DNA of 64,000 nucleotides from Geosiphon pyriformis uo1 (taxonomy: Eukaryota > Fungi > Glomeromycota). The stretch spans positions 744,001-808,000 of the forward strand of contig JAAOMT010000468.1 in assembly GCA_016748015.1 (NCBI GenBank). The letters run 5' to 3'. Shown here in pieces: positions 38,456-50,506 of this stretch. The translations under genes were made by a program, and so were the position numbers. The stretch's first letter is position 1. Every line of letters starts with the position of its first letter. The notes below the pieces were generated by a model. The model saw only the letters and a list, made by a program, of their open reading frames with translations, was not told the DNA's origin and did no database searches.

Positions 38456-38619
38456 TGTTATTTTGATCAGCCTGAGTGGCTGGTTATGTATAGACAATGC
38501 ATGATTCATGCCTAGTACAGGTCATTTATTTGATGTGTAACTCTAGGTGGTATTTGGATCTTACTTGTTAAGCAATAAAAAAAATAATAATAATAATAAT
38601 AATAAAATGTTTAATAAAT

Positions 38620-40045
38620 ATAAATTTTAATGTTATTAAAATTTATATAAATATTTTGGTTAAAAATTTTGGTTTTTTTGATATTATTGCTAATATGTTT
38701 ATTTATTTTTTTAATTTAAATCTTGAAATTGAAATTATTATATATGATATTTTATTTTTAATTTTGATTAAGTTATATATAATTGTTTTTGTTTTTATTT
38801 ATATTTTTATAAAAAGTATAGTTTTAATTAATTTAAATAATTAAGCTATATTAAAAATTTATAAACTAAATATAAATGTTTTTAGATTTGACTTTTATAA
38901 TAAATATTAATTAGAACAATATTATATTATAAATATAATATTAAAAAAAATATTAGTATATTAATATAAAATAAAAAAATATTCTAATAATATAAATAAT
39001 AATTAAATTAATATAATTGTTAATATTTTAATAAATTTTTGTTTTGCTTTATATTATAATATTATGAAATAATTTTTAATTATTTATAATTATTTTGTTT
39101 TTGATAATGCTTACTATTTTATAAATAGTTTATTTAATTCTATTAATTTTATTATTTAAAAAACCAAATATTCTATAAAATATATAAATAACTTTTTAGC
39201 TAAAAATTTTAATTTTTTATAAACAGTTTTAGTTTAACATTTAGATAAATATATGTGTATTATATTAATTAAATTTTTATCTATTATATTATATTTATAT
39301 TTTATGAAAATATTTTATAAAAAATTATTAATAATATTAAAAAAAGTTATATAATGTTTTAATTTAAGTGTATTTTGTTTGTATTATAATTTGTTAAAAG
39401 TTTTTAATTATGTGTTTTTGTATAAGTTAAATATTATTATTAAAGTATTATTACAAATACTATAGCAAATTAACATATTACTACTAATTTATTATGTAAA
39501 AATTTATTAATTATTTAGATATTATATACTATAAAAGTAAATAACTAATTATATATAACAATTACTAAAAACTTTATTTTTTATAATTAGTTTATAAAAG
39601 CTTCTAATGTTTTTTCTAATTTATTAGACATAGTTATCTGTTTGGTTAAAATTATATATAATTTTATAATTTGATATTAATTAAATATATGGTTTTTTAT
39701 AATTAGTATAAAAAATTTTATGTATTTAATAATTTAATTTTTGTAGATAATTTATTTATTAATATAGTTAACAGCTTTTTGAATTACAATTTGAATTTAA
39801 TTGTTTATATTAGCAAATTTTTTCAGAATTTGTTGTTTAATTTTGAATTTTTAGGTTTTTTGTTTTTAATTTCTTTTAAGTTTACTAATAATATTGTGTT
39901 TTCTGTAATTTTAGATTGTAATATTATCTTAATTAACTTAAATAGTTAATTATATATAAAAAATACATAAATTATATTTATTTTGGAATCTTTTATAATT
40001 GTATTATAATAAGTAATAGTTGGATTGTATTTATTAAATAATAAT
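38620..40045 (+). mobile_element. Extremely decayed 3' LINE fragment (RNase H to 3' UTR)
   Basis: 38656-38844 is an AT-shifted version of the RNase H segment (LNLEIEII...ILIKLYIIVFVF vs LDLSVGVR...TMAELQTVALAL); 3' UTR remnant ~39925-40040. Confidence 0.6.
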
Positions 40046-40308
40046 AGTAAAAAATTATATAAATTAGATTATAATTGTAAAATAGAAAAAAAAATAACAA
40101 AAATTAATTTAAAAATAATATTTGTAATATTTAATGTTTTTTAAAAAGTATAATTTACAAAAAACAAAATATTATAAAAAAATAATAAACCAAAAAATTA
40201 CCAAAAATTTTTTTTGTTTTAAAATATTATACAACTATTTTAAAACAAATTTTAATATTAAAATTAATTTTTTTATTTAAATAAAACAAATAACTTTTTT
40301 TTTTATGT

Positions 40309-41196
40309 TGTTACAGGTGATTATTTCTGCTGTTGAATTAAATAACAAACCCATAACTTGGTGCTCAAAAGCTATAATTGGTGTTGATGATGTGCTGAAG
40401 ATGTTGTATCTAAAGGTTTTGATGGATCTGAAGGTTTTGGTTGAGTCCTTTGTATAATGGACAGAGATTTAATAGTGTCAATAATAGATGTATCTTTCCA
40501 AAAGTTTTTCCAATTTCTTTTTCATCATGGTGGCCGGATTTAGTCTAGCAGTTGTGCCTTTTGGTAAGCTATCCAATAATATATAAAATTCTATCCTTAT
40601 TTTTGGGTCTTTTACTAGGCTATCTTTGACGTCAATAACTCAGCACTTAATCCTTTTAATTAATTAGTATACAACAACAAATCAAAATAAAATAAAGAAA
40701 AAGAAATAAAAGAAAAATAAAGAAAGAAAAGAAATAAGCCAAGACGATTTGCAGATTAGTATCCCGTCAATAGCCGTGATCAAGAGCTATTGTTCCAGCG
40801 TGGTTAAGTATCAATTACTATTAACATGAAGTGTTGATAGTGAAGAGTGGGTTGAGATATGGAATAATTATTTATTTGATGATTGTGTTTCTAGGCTAAG
40901 GATTCTGTGGTATCAATTCTGTCTTTTTTGTTTCTAACACTACTGCTATATATACATAATTGAGATTCCTCAATTCCTTGATTCTTCATGACAAAAATCC
41001 TGAAATTCTTAGAATCCTGCAATTCCTTTGAGAGGAATCCTGAAATTCTGGAATCCTGCAATTCCTCGTCAGAAATTCTGAAATTTCTGGAATCCTGCAA
41101 TTCCTGAGAGGAATCCTGGAATTCCACATTTATTATGTTTACTTCTGATTGGCTAATAATTATACTAATATATTTCTTATATTTTTATGAGTAACA
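40309..41196 (-). repeat. 3' LTR, family B copy 1
   Basis: TGTTACA...GTAACA, 888 bp, direct repeat of 49618-50506. Confidence 0.95.
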
Positions 41197-41210
41197 TTAT
41201 TCCCTCCTTT

Positions 41211-41870
41211 TTAATATTGAGCTCCGTCAAAATCTAACTCATGTAATTTCCCTTCTTGAAATATTTCCTGGATTTCATTTTCGAGAATTACTTGTGTTAT
41301 TTGGATCTGTAATTTTTCAAATTGAGCATTGGTGATTTTTTCTAATTGATTACTGATAACCATATCCATTGCTCTGTTGAGTAATATTTCTGGTTTATCT
41401 TGAAATACTATGTGTATTCGGTATATTGCTCGGGCTTGTGTGAATAAGTTGTTTTTTCTCACAAAATGTTCTAATTGTTGTAGTATTCTTTTGTTGAATA
41501 ATCGCTTTGTTTTATCCATATATAGATTCTGAATATTTACGTGTTGTCCCAAGTAAAAATAACAATAGTTTCGTGGGAATTGTTGTATCCACCAATTCCA
41601 AGTTTTTTTAGTCAACTCTTGATATAGTAACTCTTTTGTTGATTCTTTTATTGCTAATTTTACTTTCGCCATGATTTTGTCCACAGTATTTTCAGTTTTC
41701 TTCTGTGTTCTGAGTTGAAATGTTTTTCTAGTATCTTAATATCAAATGGTTTGTTGATTGATTGTAATCTCCATTTCCTGGTGTTGGATTAATTGAAAAA
41801 GTTGTTGTGCTAGTGAGTGAATGTTGTCTGTAATTTCCATTTTTCTGATATTTCCTGTCACGTCTACCAT
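41211..41870 (-). pseudogene. Additional ORF3 (219 codons) downstream of integrase, two premature stops
   Basis: 660-nt ATG-to-TAA frame, same length as in copy 2 (53010-53669); stops are CGA>TGA and CAA>TAA at positions that are sense codons in copy 2. Confidence 0.8.
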
Positions 41871-41894
41871 GTCTTTATATATTCTTTTGATGGA

Positions 41895-44800
41895 TCAATT
41901 TAATGTGTTGTTGTCAATAATAATGATTGGTTTCAGATCTCGTGGAATCTCATCTGGTTGGACTAGTATTCTCTGTACTCCTAATTGTGGAATATTACTG
42001 GTAGATGGTAGTGTGATGTTGTGATATGGTTTCTGTTAATCTCTATGTGCTGTTTTGGTTAAAATTTTGTTCTCTAATCTTAATTTGTAAGCTCTATTTC
42101 CTAGAATTTCTTTTATGTAAAATGGTCCGTCCCATTTGGGGTCAAATTTTCCACTCCATTGTTTTTCCGCTTTGGTATGATGTAGTAATACTTTGTCTCC
42201 AATTTTGAATTCAACTGGTTTGTCTGGTAGTTGACTATTGTGTCTTTCTTTCTGTGTTTCTTGTAACTTTTGGATATTATCAGCTGCTCTTCTTTGTTTG
42301 TTTTTCAATGTTTCCATTAAGTCATATGTTCTTTTCAGCAATGTTTTTGAAAATTTTCCTCTGTTATTAGTTCAGCTGAATATGTGTTAATTTCTCTCTC
42401 TACTGGTAACATTGCTCTTCTTCTGTATACTAATTCAAATGGTGTTGCTTGTGTAGTATCTTGTTTCATTGTCTGATAAGCAAATAGTACTGATGGTATA
42501 AACAAATCCCAATTGTTCTGGTTTTCTTGGCTGAGCTTGGCTATTGCTTCACACAATGTTCTGTTGAATCTTTCTACTAATCCGTTGGTTTGTGGATGGT
42601 ATGGTAATGACAATGGTCTCTTGATTCCAAATCTTTGGCTCAATTCTGTTAATGTTCTGTTCACAAAATGAGTTCTTTAATCTGATAATAATTTTTTTGG
42701 ACATCCATGTCAACAAATTAAATCCTGATGAATGAATTCGGCAACAGATTCTGCATCTACTCTTTTGAATTGCTTTTGCCTCTGGCCATTTAGTAAGATA
42801 GTCCATAGCTACTGCTATGTATCTGTTTCCTCTGCTGGTGATTGTTAATGGTCCGACTAAATCAATTTCCATATGGTCAAATGGTTGTCCCACTTTGATT
42901 GGTTTTAATAGTTCACTGGGTCTTGTTCCTCCTCTTCGCTGACAAGCATCACAATTTTGAACATATTGAATAATGTCTGGGTACATTGATGGCCAATAGT
43001 ATCTTTTTTTAGTTTTTTCCATGGTTGCTTCTTTGTGAAAATGTCCTGCTGTTGGATTTGAGTGCATGTTGAATAATATTGTCTCTTTTTCTGGCTCTGT
43101 AATTACTCTGGTTGGTTAATCTGGATCCCTTCTATTTTTTTGATAAAATATATTTTGGTAAGTAATAAAATATTTTGATTGTTGTTTGATACTCCTTTGT
43201 TCCGTATAAGATAAATTCTCCTTGAACTGTTGAGTATTTAGATAATGTTGCAATTGTTAATATTTTTGTATGTTCATCTTTTATTGTATTTTTCTGTTGC
43301 TATTGTTCTGGTTTTCTTATATTTTTGGATTGAAATGTTCTTAGATTTGTCTTATTCGCGATAAACCATCAGCATTTTCATTGTCTTTTCTCTTTTTGTA
43401 ATGTATAGTATAATTGTATGGTGTGAGTGCCATTTTCCATCTTGACTGTCTTCCATCTCCAAATTCTTGTTTTTGGAGTGATGTTAATCCCTTGTGATCT
43501 GTGTATACTTCAAACTTTTGGCTCAAGTATTCTTTCCATTTCATGATGGCCCAGTATATTGCTAAGTGTTCTTGTTCCGGTGTTCCATAGTTCTTTTTGG
43601 CTGGTGTTAAACTTCTGCTGGCATATGCAACTGGATGTTTTCTTCCATCTGGTCCTCTCTGAAATAATACTGCTCCCAATGCTTGGCCGGATGCAATAGT
43701 GGTGATGATAAATAGTTTGCTGTAATCTGGATAGATCAGCACTGGAGCTTGGATGAGCTTTTTCCTCAAAATATCAAAAGCTTCTTGTTGACTTTTTGTC
43801 CATTCATATTTTGCATTTTTGTTCTGTAGTTGATTGAGTGGCTGCACTATCTTGGAAAAGTTCTTGATAAAATGATGATAGTAGCTGGCAAATCCCAAGA
43901 ATGATTTCAGTTCTGTTATATTGGTTGGTACTGGAAAGTTCTTTACTATCTCTATTTTCTTTGGATCCATTTTGATGCCATCTTTGCTGACTATGTGTCC
44001 CAAGAATTTGAGTTTCATCTTGCCAAAGAAGCACTTTGTCGCATTTAGCTTTAGTCCTGCTCTTCTTAGTCTTTCGAACACTTGTTGAAAATGATGAAGA
44101 TGATCATCAAACATCTTTGAAAATACATTGGTATCGTCCAAGTATATAACTACTGATTTTCACAATAAGCCCATATAAACAATTTCCATTAGCCATTGGA
44201 AAGTCACTGGGGCATTGGTTAAGCCGAATGGCATTACTTCAAATTCGAAATTCCCTTCTTTAATAGTAAATGCTGTCTTCTCTTTGTCAGCTGAATTCAT
44301 GGCTACTTGCCAGTAACCACTGTTCAAATTTAATGTGGAGAATCATTTGTTCCTACCAAAAGCATCGAATAATTCTTGTATTCGTGGAGTTGGATAACTG
44401 TCTCCACGAGTTACATCATTGAGTTTCCTGTAATCTACACAAAACCGGATTTTTCTATTTTTCTTATGGATGAGTACCACTGATGACAACCATGGACTCA
44501 TTGATGGTTGAATTAGCCCATTGTTAAGCATTCTGTTTATCTCTTGACGAATAATCTCATGGCTGGCTGGCGACACTCTGTATGCTCTTTGTTTGATTGG
44601 TATTGCATCTCTAGTCTTGATCTGATGCTGGATTATGTTAGTTTGGCCAAACTCATTTTCGCTGGCAAAAATGTCATTGAAATTGTTGAGTAATATCTTG
44701 AGCTGCATACATTGGAGTGGATCTAAGTTTCTCATGTTCATTTGTTCCAATTGTTCTGGTTGGAGCAAATAACATTCATCTCGTCCATAAATTAGTTGTG

Positions 44801-47800
44801 ATGTGATGTCAACATATCCACAAAGTTGTGGAAAGTCTGGAATGGGGTTTGGTGGTTAGTCTTCTATTTCTGTGGTTAAATATCCGATGGTGGTTCCTTC
44901 TGGTATGCTGATAACATTATCAGTATTGTTGTAGATGGGAATTTTTATGCTGCTATAGCTTTTGGCTGATATGTAGAGATTGATCAACCCAATCTTTTCC
45001 AATTCCCAAAAGGTTGCTTCCACTTCAAACATCTGTTCTTGCTCTTTTTCCTTCCTTTCTATTGCTAACATGTACTGGCTATATGGTGGAATAGAAATAG
45101 CTTGACCAGTTGAGATAATTTCTTCTTGGCCAACAATTTCTTTCTCTGCCATGTTAACTGGTAAATCTATTCTACCTGTGGATCCGAATCCCTGTATTCC
45201 TCTTGCTGTTATTCCTAATTCCTCCCTCTTTCTCACTGACACTAACTGAGCTATTCTAACCAGAGGCAGGAATATTGCCTGTGCTATCTTTTCATTGGGC
45301 TCTATTATATAGGCCTTTTCTAAGTCATTTTGTAGCATGGTGATGATATTTCTTACATATCTTGTGTCAATTATTCCTCTTCTTATATTGATCACTCTTT
45401 TTGCTAAACTACTCCTAGATGCTAATTGAACCATGGTTGTTGCCAAAATTTCTAGTGCTATTTTCAGATCAATGCAGGTGCGTGAATGTGGTTCCAATTT
45501 GATGGCATTTTTTCCTGGATATCTCAGATCAAACCCTGCATCAGTATCATGCACACGTTCTGGCATAATACCTTCCCCATTGTCACTATACCATTTCAAC
45601 TCTTGTTCTTTGGAGAGATCTGGTAGTGCAATGTATTGTTCATAGTTTAAGTCAGAGTTTGTATCTGAGTTGGAATCATTGTCATTGTCATTGCCATTTT
45701 GAATGGAGCTGGAACCGTTGTTGTCATTGTCATTGTTGGAGTTTGGATTGTGATTAATTGGCAATTCTGATTCTGATGTGCAGCTGCTGATTGGTTCTTC
45801 CTCTTCCGGGATCGTGTAGATCATGCGTGGTGGTGGATTGTAAATAAGGTCACACTTATCACAATACTGGAAGTCACAAAGAATTAGGCAGTGTTGACAT
45901 AGTTAAGCATTCAACTGCTCTAACCATTGTTCTTGTTCTTCCCTTGTGGGTGCTAATTCTTGATAATGTTTGTGGAATTGTTCCGGGTCCAGGAGGTTTA
46001 TAATGGGTTCTGCATCCCAGTCAAGCTCTAAAGATTTAGGGGGTTGTCATTGATTGTTTTTATCTCTTCTGGCGTCGTCCCTTCGATTTTTGCAAGTGTC
46101 ATTCACCAAATTTTGTCGTCATCATGTGGGCAACTGTCCAGTCGCTGTACAGTTCTTCTCCAGACTGCTTCTATTGGGGTTTTTTTCTTTATCCAGTCAC
46201 TTATTAGAATCGTGTATTGACATGATACATCACATGTTTCTTCACATCCAGGAATGTTATGCCACATTCCTTCATCCAAGAGAGTCTCTCCACAAGCTAA
46301 GCATGGCTGATTGTCCCATTTCCCTATGCGTTTTGGTCTTCCAAAGCATTCAAAGATACATGGGCGACAATAGAACCTAGTTGCCATTGAATATTCCTCA
46401 TCATCCCCACAGCAGGTGCCCATTGATAACAATTTCTTGTCACACTCAATGCATATAAGCTTGGGTCAATAATAGGTAGATCATTTTGGTATAGTGTAGG
46501 TGTTATAAGCAGTAGTGGTTTGAGTGGTCTCTTTTTCTTTTCCCTTCCCTTTATTTTCTTTGTCTTCTTCCCATTCCCAACTTGAAGTCGGTTCACTCTC
46601 GTCATTGTCGGTCCATGTCAGGTTATCGGTTTCCCAGGTAAGTTCTTCCTTTTGTTTCCCTTTTTCCTTATTGTTGTCATCCCAGGAGAGTATTGGTGGC
46701 AGCTCGTTGTGCTCTTCATCAGTCCATGATACTTGGTAGGCTTCCCAGGTAGGCTTTTTTTTCTCCTCCTCTAGCTCGATCAATAGTTTCTCTCTTGGAG
46801 GAGTTTTGAAGTGGCCACACGTGGCCGGAACACGTATGTATTGGTCTTGATACGTTAGCTGGAGTTCCTGGGTGTTCCAGTCTAATGTTGCGTTGGCTTT
46901 GGATAGCCAGTCATTACCAACAAGAGCTTGGTATTGAGTGGCTTCCATTACTAGAACTTTAATGGGAGTCATGATGCTATTGACTTCAAAAGGGAAATCG
47001 TCAATTTCACTGATTGGAGTTTTGGTCGTTCCATCAGCTGTGATAATTCTGGCACTGACAGCTTGATCAACTCGGCAGTCTAATTGATCCATGAGTTGTC
47101 TAGTAATTATGCTGCCAGCTGATCCACTATCTAGGATGAGTTTGATGGGGTAACTATCAACTCTGGCATCCATGTACATTGCTGTTATGGGTTTCTTTTC
47201 GAGAGCAGCTCCACTGAATAATGGTATTGTTGTGTTTTCTTCGAGTTCGAAAGAAAAGATGGCTGCTAAGAATTCGTTACTAGAGATGGTTGCTAGTGAA
47301 ATGGTGTTGGTAAGTACATGCTGATTGGGTTCTGTGTTGTTGGAGATGGTGTTTTCTGGGGTAACTAGGAGACTTAAATAATGTTGAGAATTTGGGTTTT
47401 GGATGTGACTGGTATCCAAATTCCAGATGCGTGATCCTGATGGTGAGTTTAGTGAACTGAGGATCGGTTGGTAAACAACCATCGCCAATCTCCAGTTTTA
47501 AGTGACTCTGGATTGAGGGTTACCTGATGTTATTTGAGCTGAGTTCTGGATTGGTGTTTGAATTGGTTGGAATTGATAGATAATTTGTGGCTGTAGTTGA
47601 TATATTACTTGTGGCTGCAGCTAATAAATCAAAGGTTGATATACTGGTGGTTGATAGATTGGTTGCTGCGTCATGGGCAGGTAATTATTTCAATATTGGT
47701 CTTGACTCTGATTTGGATAATTATTTGGAGTTTGGAACCAGCAATCAGAGTTTCGATATTGATTTCCCGATCGTTGGTTATTTAGACACTGGCAACAGTC

Positions 47801-49555
47801 AATTTGAATATGTCTTTGTTTACCACAATAGTGGCAGATACGCGTTTCCTGTTGCCACTGTTGATTGGTTGATGAAGATAGGCATGGTTGATTTTGGACA
47901 CAATTAGAGTTTCCTTGATTATTGCATCATTGTGAAGGCTGATAAATGGTGTGATTGTCAGCTAAGTATCCTTCCAATCTCTTATTAATTGATTCACTAA
48001 ACTTTTCTAATTTGGAATCCAATTCAGATGATCTATTCATTAGATTAACGGCTTGAGCATGGTTAGCCTCTGACTCAGCGGATTTAAAATTTCTGGTGCA
48101 TGTGACTACATCTTGAAGTGTGCCAGGATGCAACAGACGTACATGTTACAAGATGCTGCTGCACAGGCCATGAATAAATTGATTGAGTATCTGTGGGGCC
48201 ATAAAATAGTTGGCGTCAATTGCTTGGATTTGGCATAGGTTTTGATGGAAGCATCCCAGGTAGGTGGTGACTGCTTCAGTTTCTCCTTGTTTTATGATGG
48301 TAAATGTATTGACTAGGTAATTAATACTGTTATTGTTGCTAAAGTATATTAGGAATTCTGCTTTGAAGGCATTAAAATCTTGTGGTTTATTAATCAAGTT
48401 CTGGTATCATGAATTGGCAATATTCTTGAGAAAGTAGGGAATGGCTTGCATTGCTTAAGCGTCATTCCATCCATTGGCTGCGATGGCTTTTTCTATATCA
48501 TTCAGCCATATTTGAGCATTATCCTCTTTGCCAGTAAAGTTGTCGAGTTTTGCGATTGGTGCATAGGCTATTGGATCTAAGTTAGGTGGTTGTGGTGGCT
48601 GTTGAAGCAGTTGTTGTTGTCCTGGCTGTTGGGGTGGTAGCTGAGATGGCTGCTGTATGGGTTCAGCTATGGGATTAATCAGCAGTTGATTGATGATGAT
48701 TACCGAAGGTAAGTTTTGCTGATTAATTAATTCGGGCCCTTGATTTCTTTGATTTGGCGGCATTCGAATATTCGGAGTTTCGATTTCCGGATTTTCTAAC
48801 TGTTGCTAAGTTTGAAGGTTTGGGATTTTAACTTCTGGGTTTTCAGTGATCAGGTGCTAGTAAGTGAATTCTTGATCCTCTGATTCTTCTTTCTTTTTTT
48901 CTGATTCCACTGCTTCCCATGGATCAGAGATTCCAAAATCTGGTGAAGGCAGTGGTGATCAAAGTCCTGATGGGGTTGATAATCACGAATTAAATCCCTC
49001 AAAGTACTTGCCATATGGTCCTAACAATTCTGTTTTCCTTTGTCTACTTTGGAATGGGAATCGTCCAAATGCTGATGTCGCAGTTGATGTGAATGTGTCT
49101 GTTGATGATATGTTGATGGCACTTCCAGGTGTATAGTGGTAGGATGGGTTGCTTGGGGATTTAACTCTGTTTTTCTTCCAAGCAGGTGGCTGTATTTTTC
49201 TGGATGTTACTGCTGGTGTTTGTAATTTTCCCTTGCCTTTACTAGTGTATGTAATTGAATATCTTTGTTGAGTGTGATGTTCAATTTCTTTGTTGATCTC
49301 AGTAATGATGGATGCGAAATTATGGTTTGTTGGCAGGTTGGTATTTTGAATTAGTTTCCTATAGAAAGTTTCCCTTGCTGATTCAGTATTCACTGGTGTT
49401 CCTAATAAAAAAAAAATCTTTTCATTGACGTAGAAATTGAAGGCTGATTCAGCGGATATATGATTGTGGTTTAATCCCAAGTATTGACAATAGTGTTGAA
49501 ATAAGGATTTTGTGAATCCTAAATGGTTTGCTTCTATAGTTTCTGATTCTGCCAC
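41895..49555 (-). pseudogene. gag-pol polyprotein (gag and protease in the same frame), family B copy 1
   Basis: Capsid AYAPIAKLDNFTG...; CHYCGKQxHIQIDC knuckle; protease LILDSGSAGS; RT RFCVDYRKLN, MPFGL, YLDD; RNase H PVAYASRSL, YTDHK; integrase HSNPTAGH..CDAC, IDLVGP, YHPQTNGLVERFNRT, WDGPF. Confidence 0.95.
45170..45575 (-). other. dut: dUTPase domain within pol (between protease and RT)
   Basis: Trimeric dUTPase motifs DAGFDL, SRSSLA, GIIDxxY, EKIAQ, RGIQGFGSTG. Confidence 0.93.
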
Positions 49556-49617
49556 TTTTGGTTTGGTGTTGTCGGTGCTGGTTCTCTGCAGGATTATACT
49601 TCACAGAAAGCACCAAA

Positions 49618-50506
49618 TGTTACAGGTAATTATTTCTGCTGTTAAATTAAATAACAAACCCATAACTTGGTGCTCAAAAGCTATAATTGGTGTTGATAAT
49701 GTGCTGAAGGTGTTGTATCTGAAGGTTTTAATGGATCTGAAAGTTTTGGTTGAGTCCTTTGTATAATAAACAGAGATTCAATAGTGTTGATAATAGATGT
49801 ATCTTTCCAAAAGTTTTCCCAATTTCTTTCTCAGCATGGTGGCCGGATTTAGTCTGGCAGTTGTGCTCTTCTGGTAAGCTATCCGATAATATATAAAATT
49901 CTATCCTTATTTCTGGGTCTTTTACCAGGCTATTCTTGACGTCAATAATTCAGCACTTAATTTTTTTAATCAATTAGTATACAACAACAAATCAAAATAA
50001 AATAAAGAAAAAGAAATAAAAGAAAAATAAAGAAAGAAAAGAAATAAGCCAAGGCGATTTGCAGATTAGTATCCCATCAATAGTCATGATCAAGAGCTAT
50101 TGTTCCAGTGTGGTTAAGTATCAATTACTATCAACATAAAGTGTTGATAGTGGAGAGTGGGTTGAGATATGGAATAATTATTTATTTGATGATTGTGTTT
50201 TTAGGCTAAGGATTTTGTGGTATCAATTCTGTCTTTTCTGTTTCTAACACTACTGCTATATATACATAATTGAGATTCCTCAATTCCTTGATTCTTCACG
50301 ACAGGAATCCTAGAATTCCTGGAATCCTGCAATTCCTTTGAAAGGAATCCTGAAATTCTGGAATCTTGCAATTCCTTGTCGGGAATCCTGAAATTCCTGG
50401 AATCTTGCAATTCCTGAGAGGAATCCTGGAATTCCACATTTACTATGCTTACTTCTGATTGGCTAATAATTATACTAATATATTTCCTATATTTCTATGA
50501 GTAACA
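49618..50506 (-). repeat. 5' LTR, family B copy 1
   Basis: Direct repeat of 40309-41196, adjacent to PBS. Confidence 0.95.
50181..50462 (-). promoter_or_regulatory. LTR U3/R promoter architecture: CCAAT (50458-50462), tandem GGAAT(T)CCTG array (~50275-50435), TATA (~50256-50266), AATAAA (50181-50186)
   Basis: Same order in the four family B proviral LTRs and in the solo LTR. Confidence 0.65.

Larger units (their letters stand above)
31833..38606 (+). mobile_element. Full-length LINE with RNase H, inactivated (different subfamily from 15705-22495)
   Basis: Same 5' hairpin; ORF1 31988-33793; ORF2 33790-38455; 3' UTR motif; A/(TAA)n tail. Confidence 0.95.
40309..50506 (-). mobile_element. Full-length Ty3/gypsy LTR retrotransposon, family B copy 1 (dUTPase-bearing), inactivated
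   Basis: LTRs 40309-41196 and 49618-50506; ATGT TSD; PBS ~49599-49615; PPT ~41201-41211; order gag-PR-(Cys-rich)-dUTPase-RT-RH-IN-ORF3. Confidence 0.97.

Noticed and set aside
40891-41127. Repetitive ORF MEFQDSSQELQDSR... (also 50201-50437, and antisense versions at 52706 and 62001)
   Set aside because: Translation of the U3 tandem array upstream of TATA; no evidence it is coding
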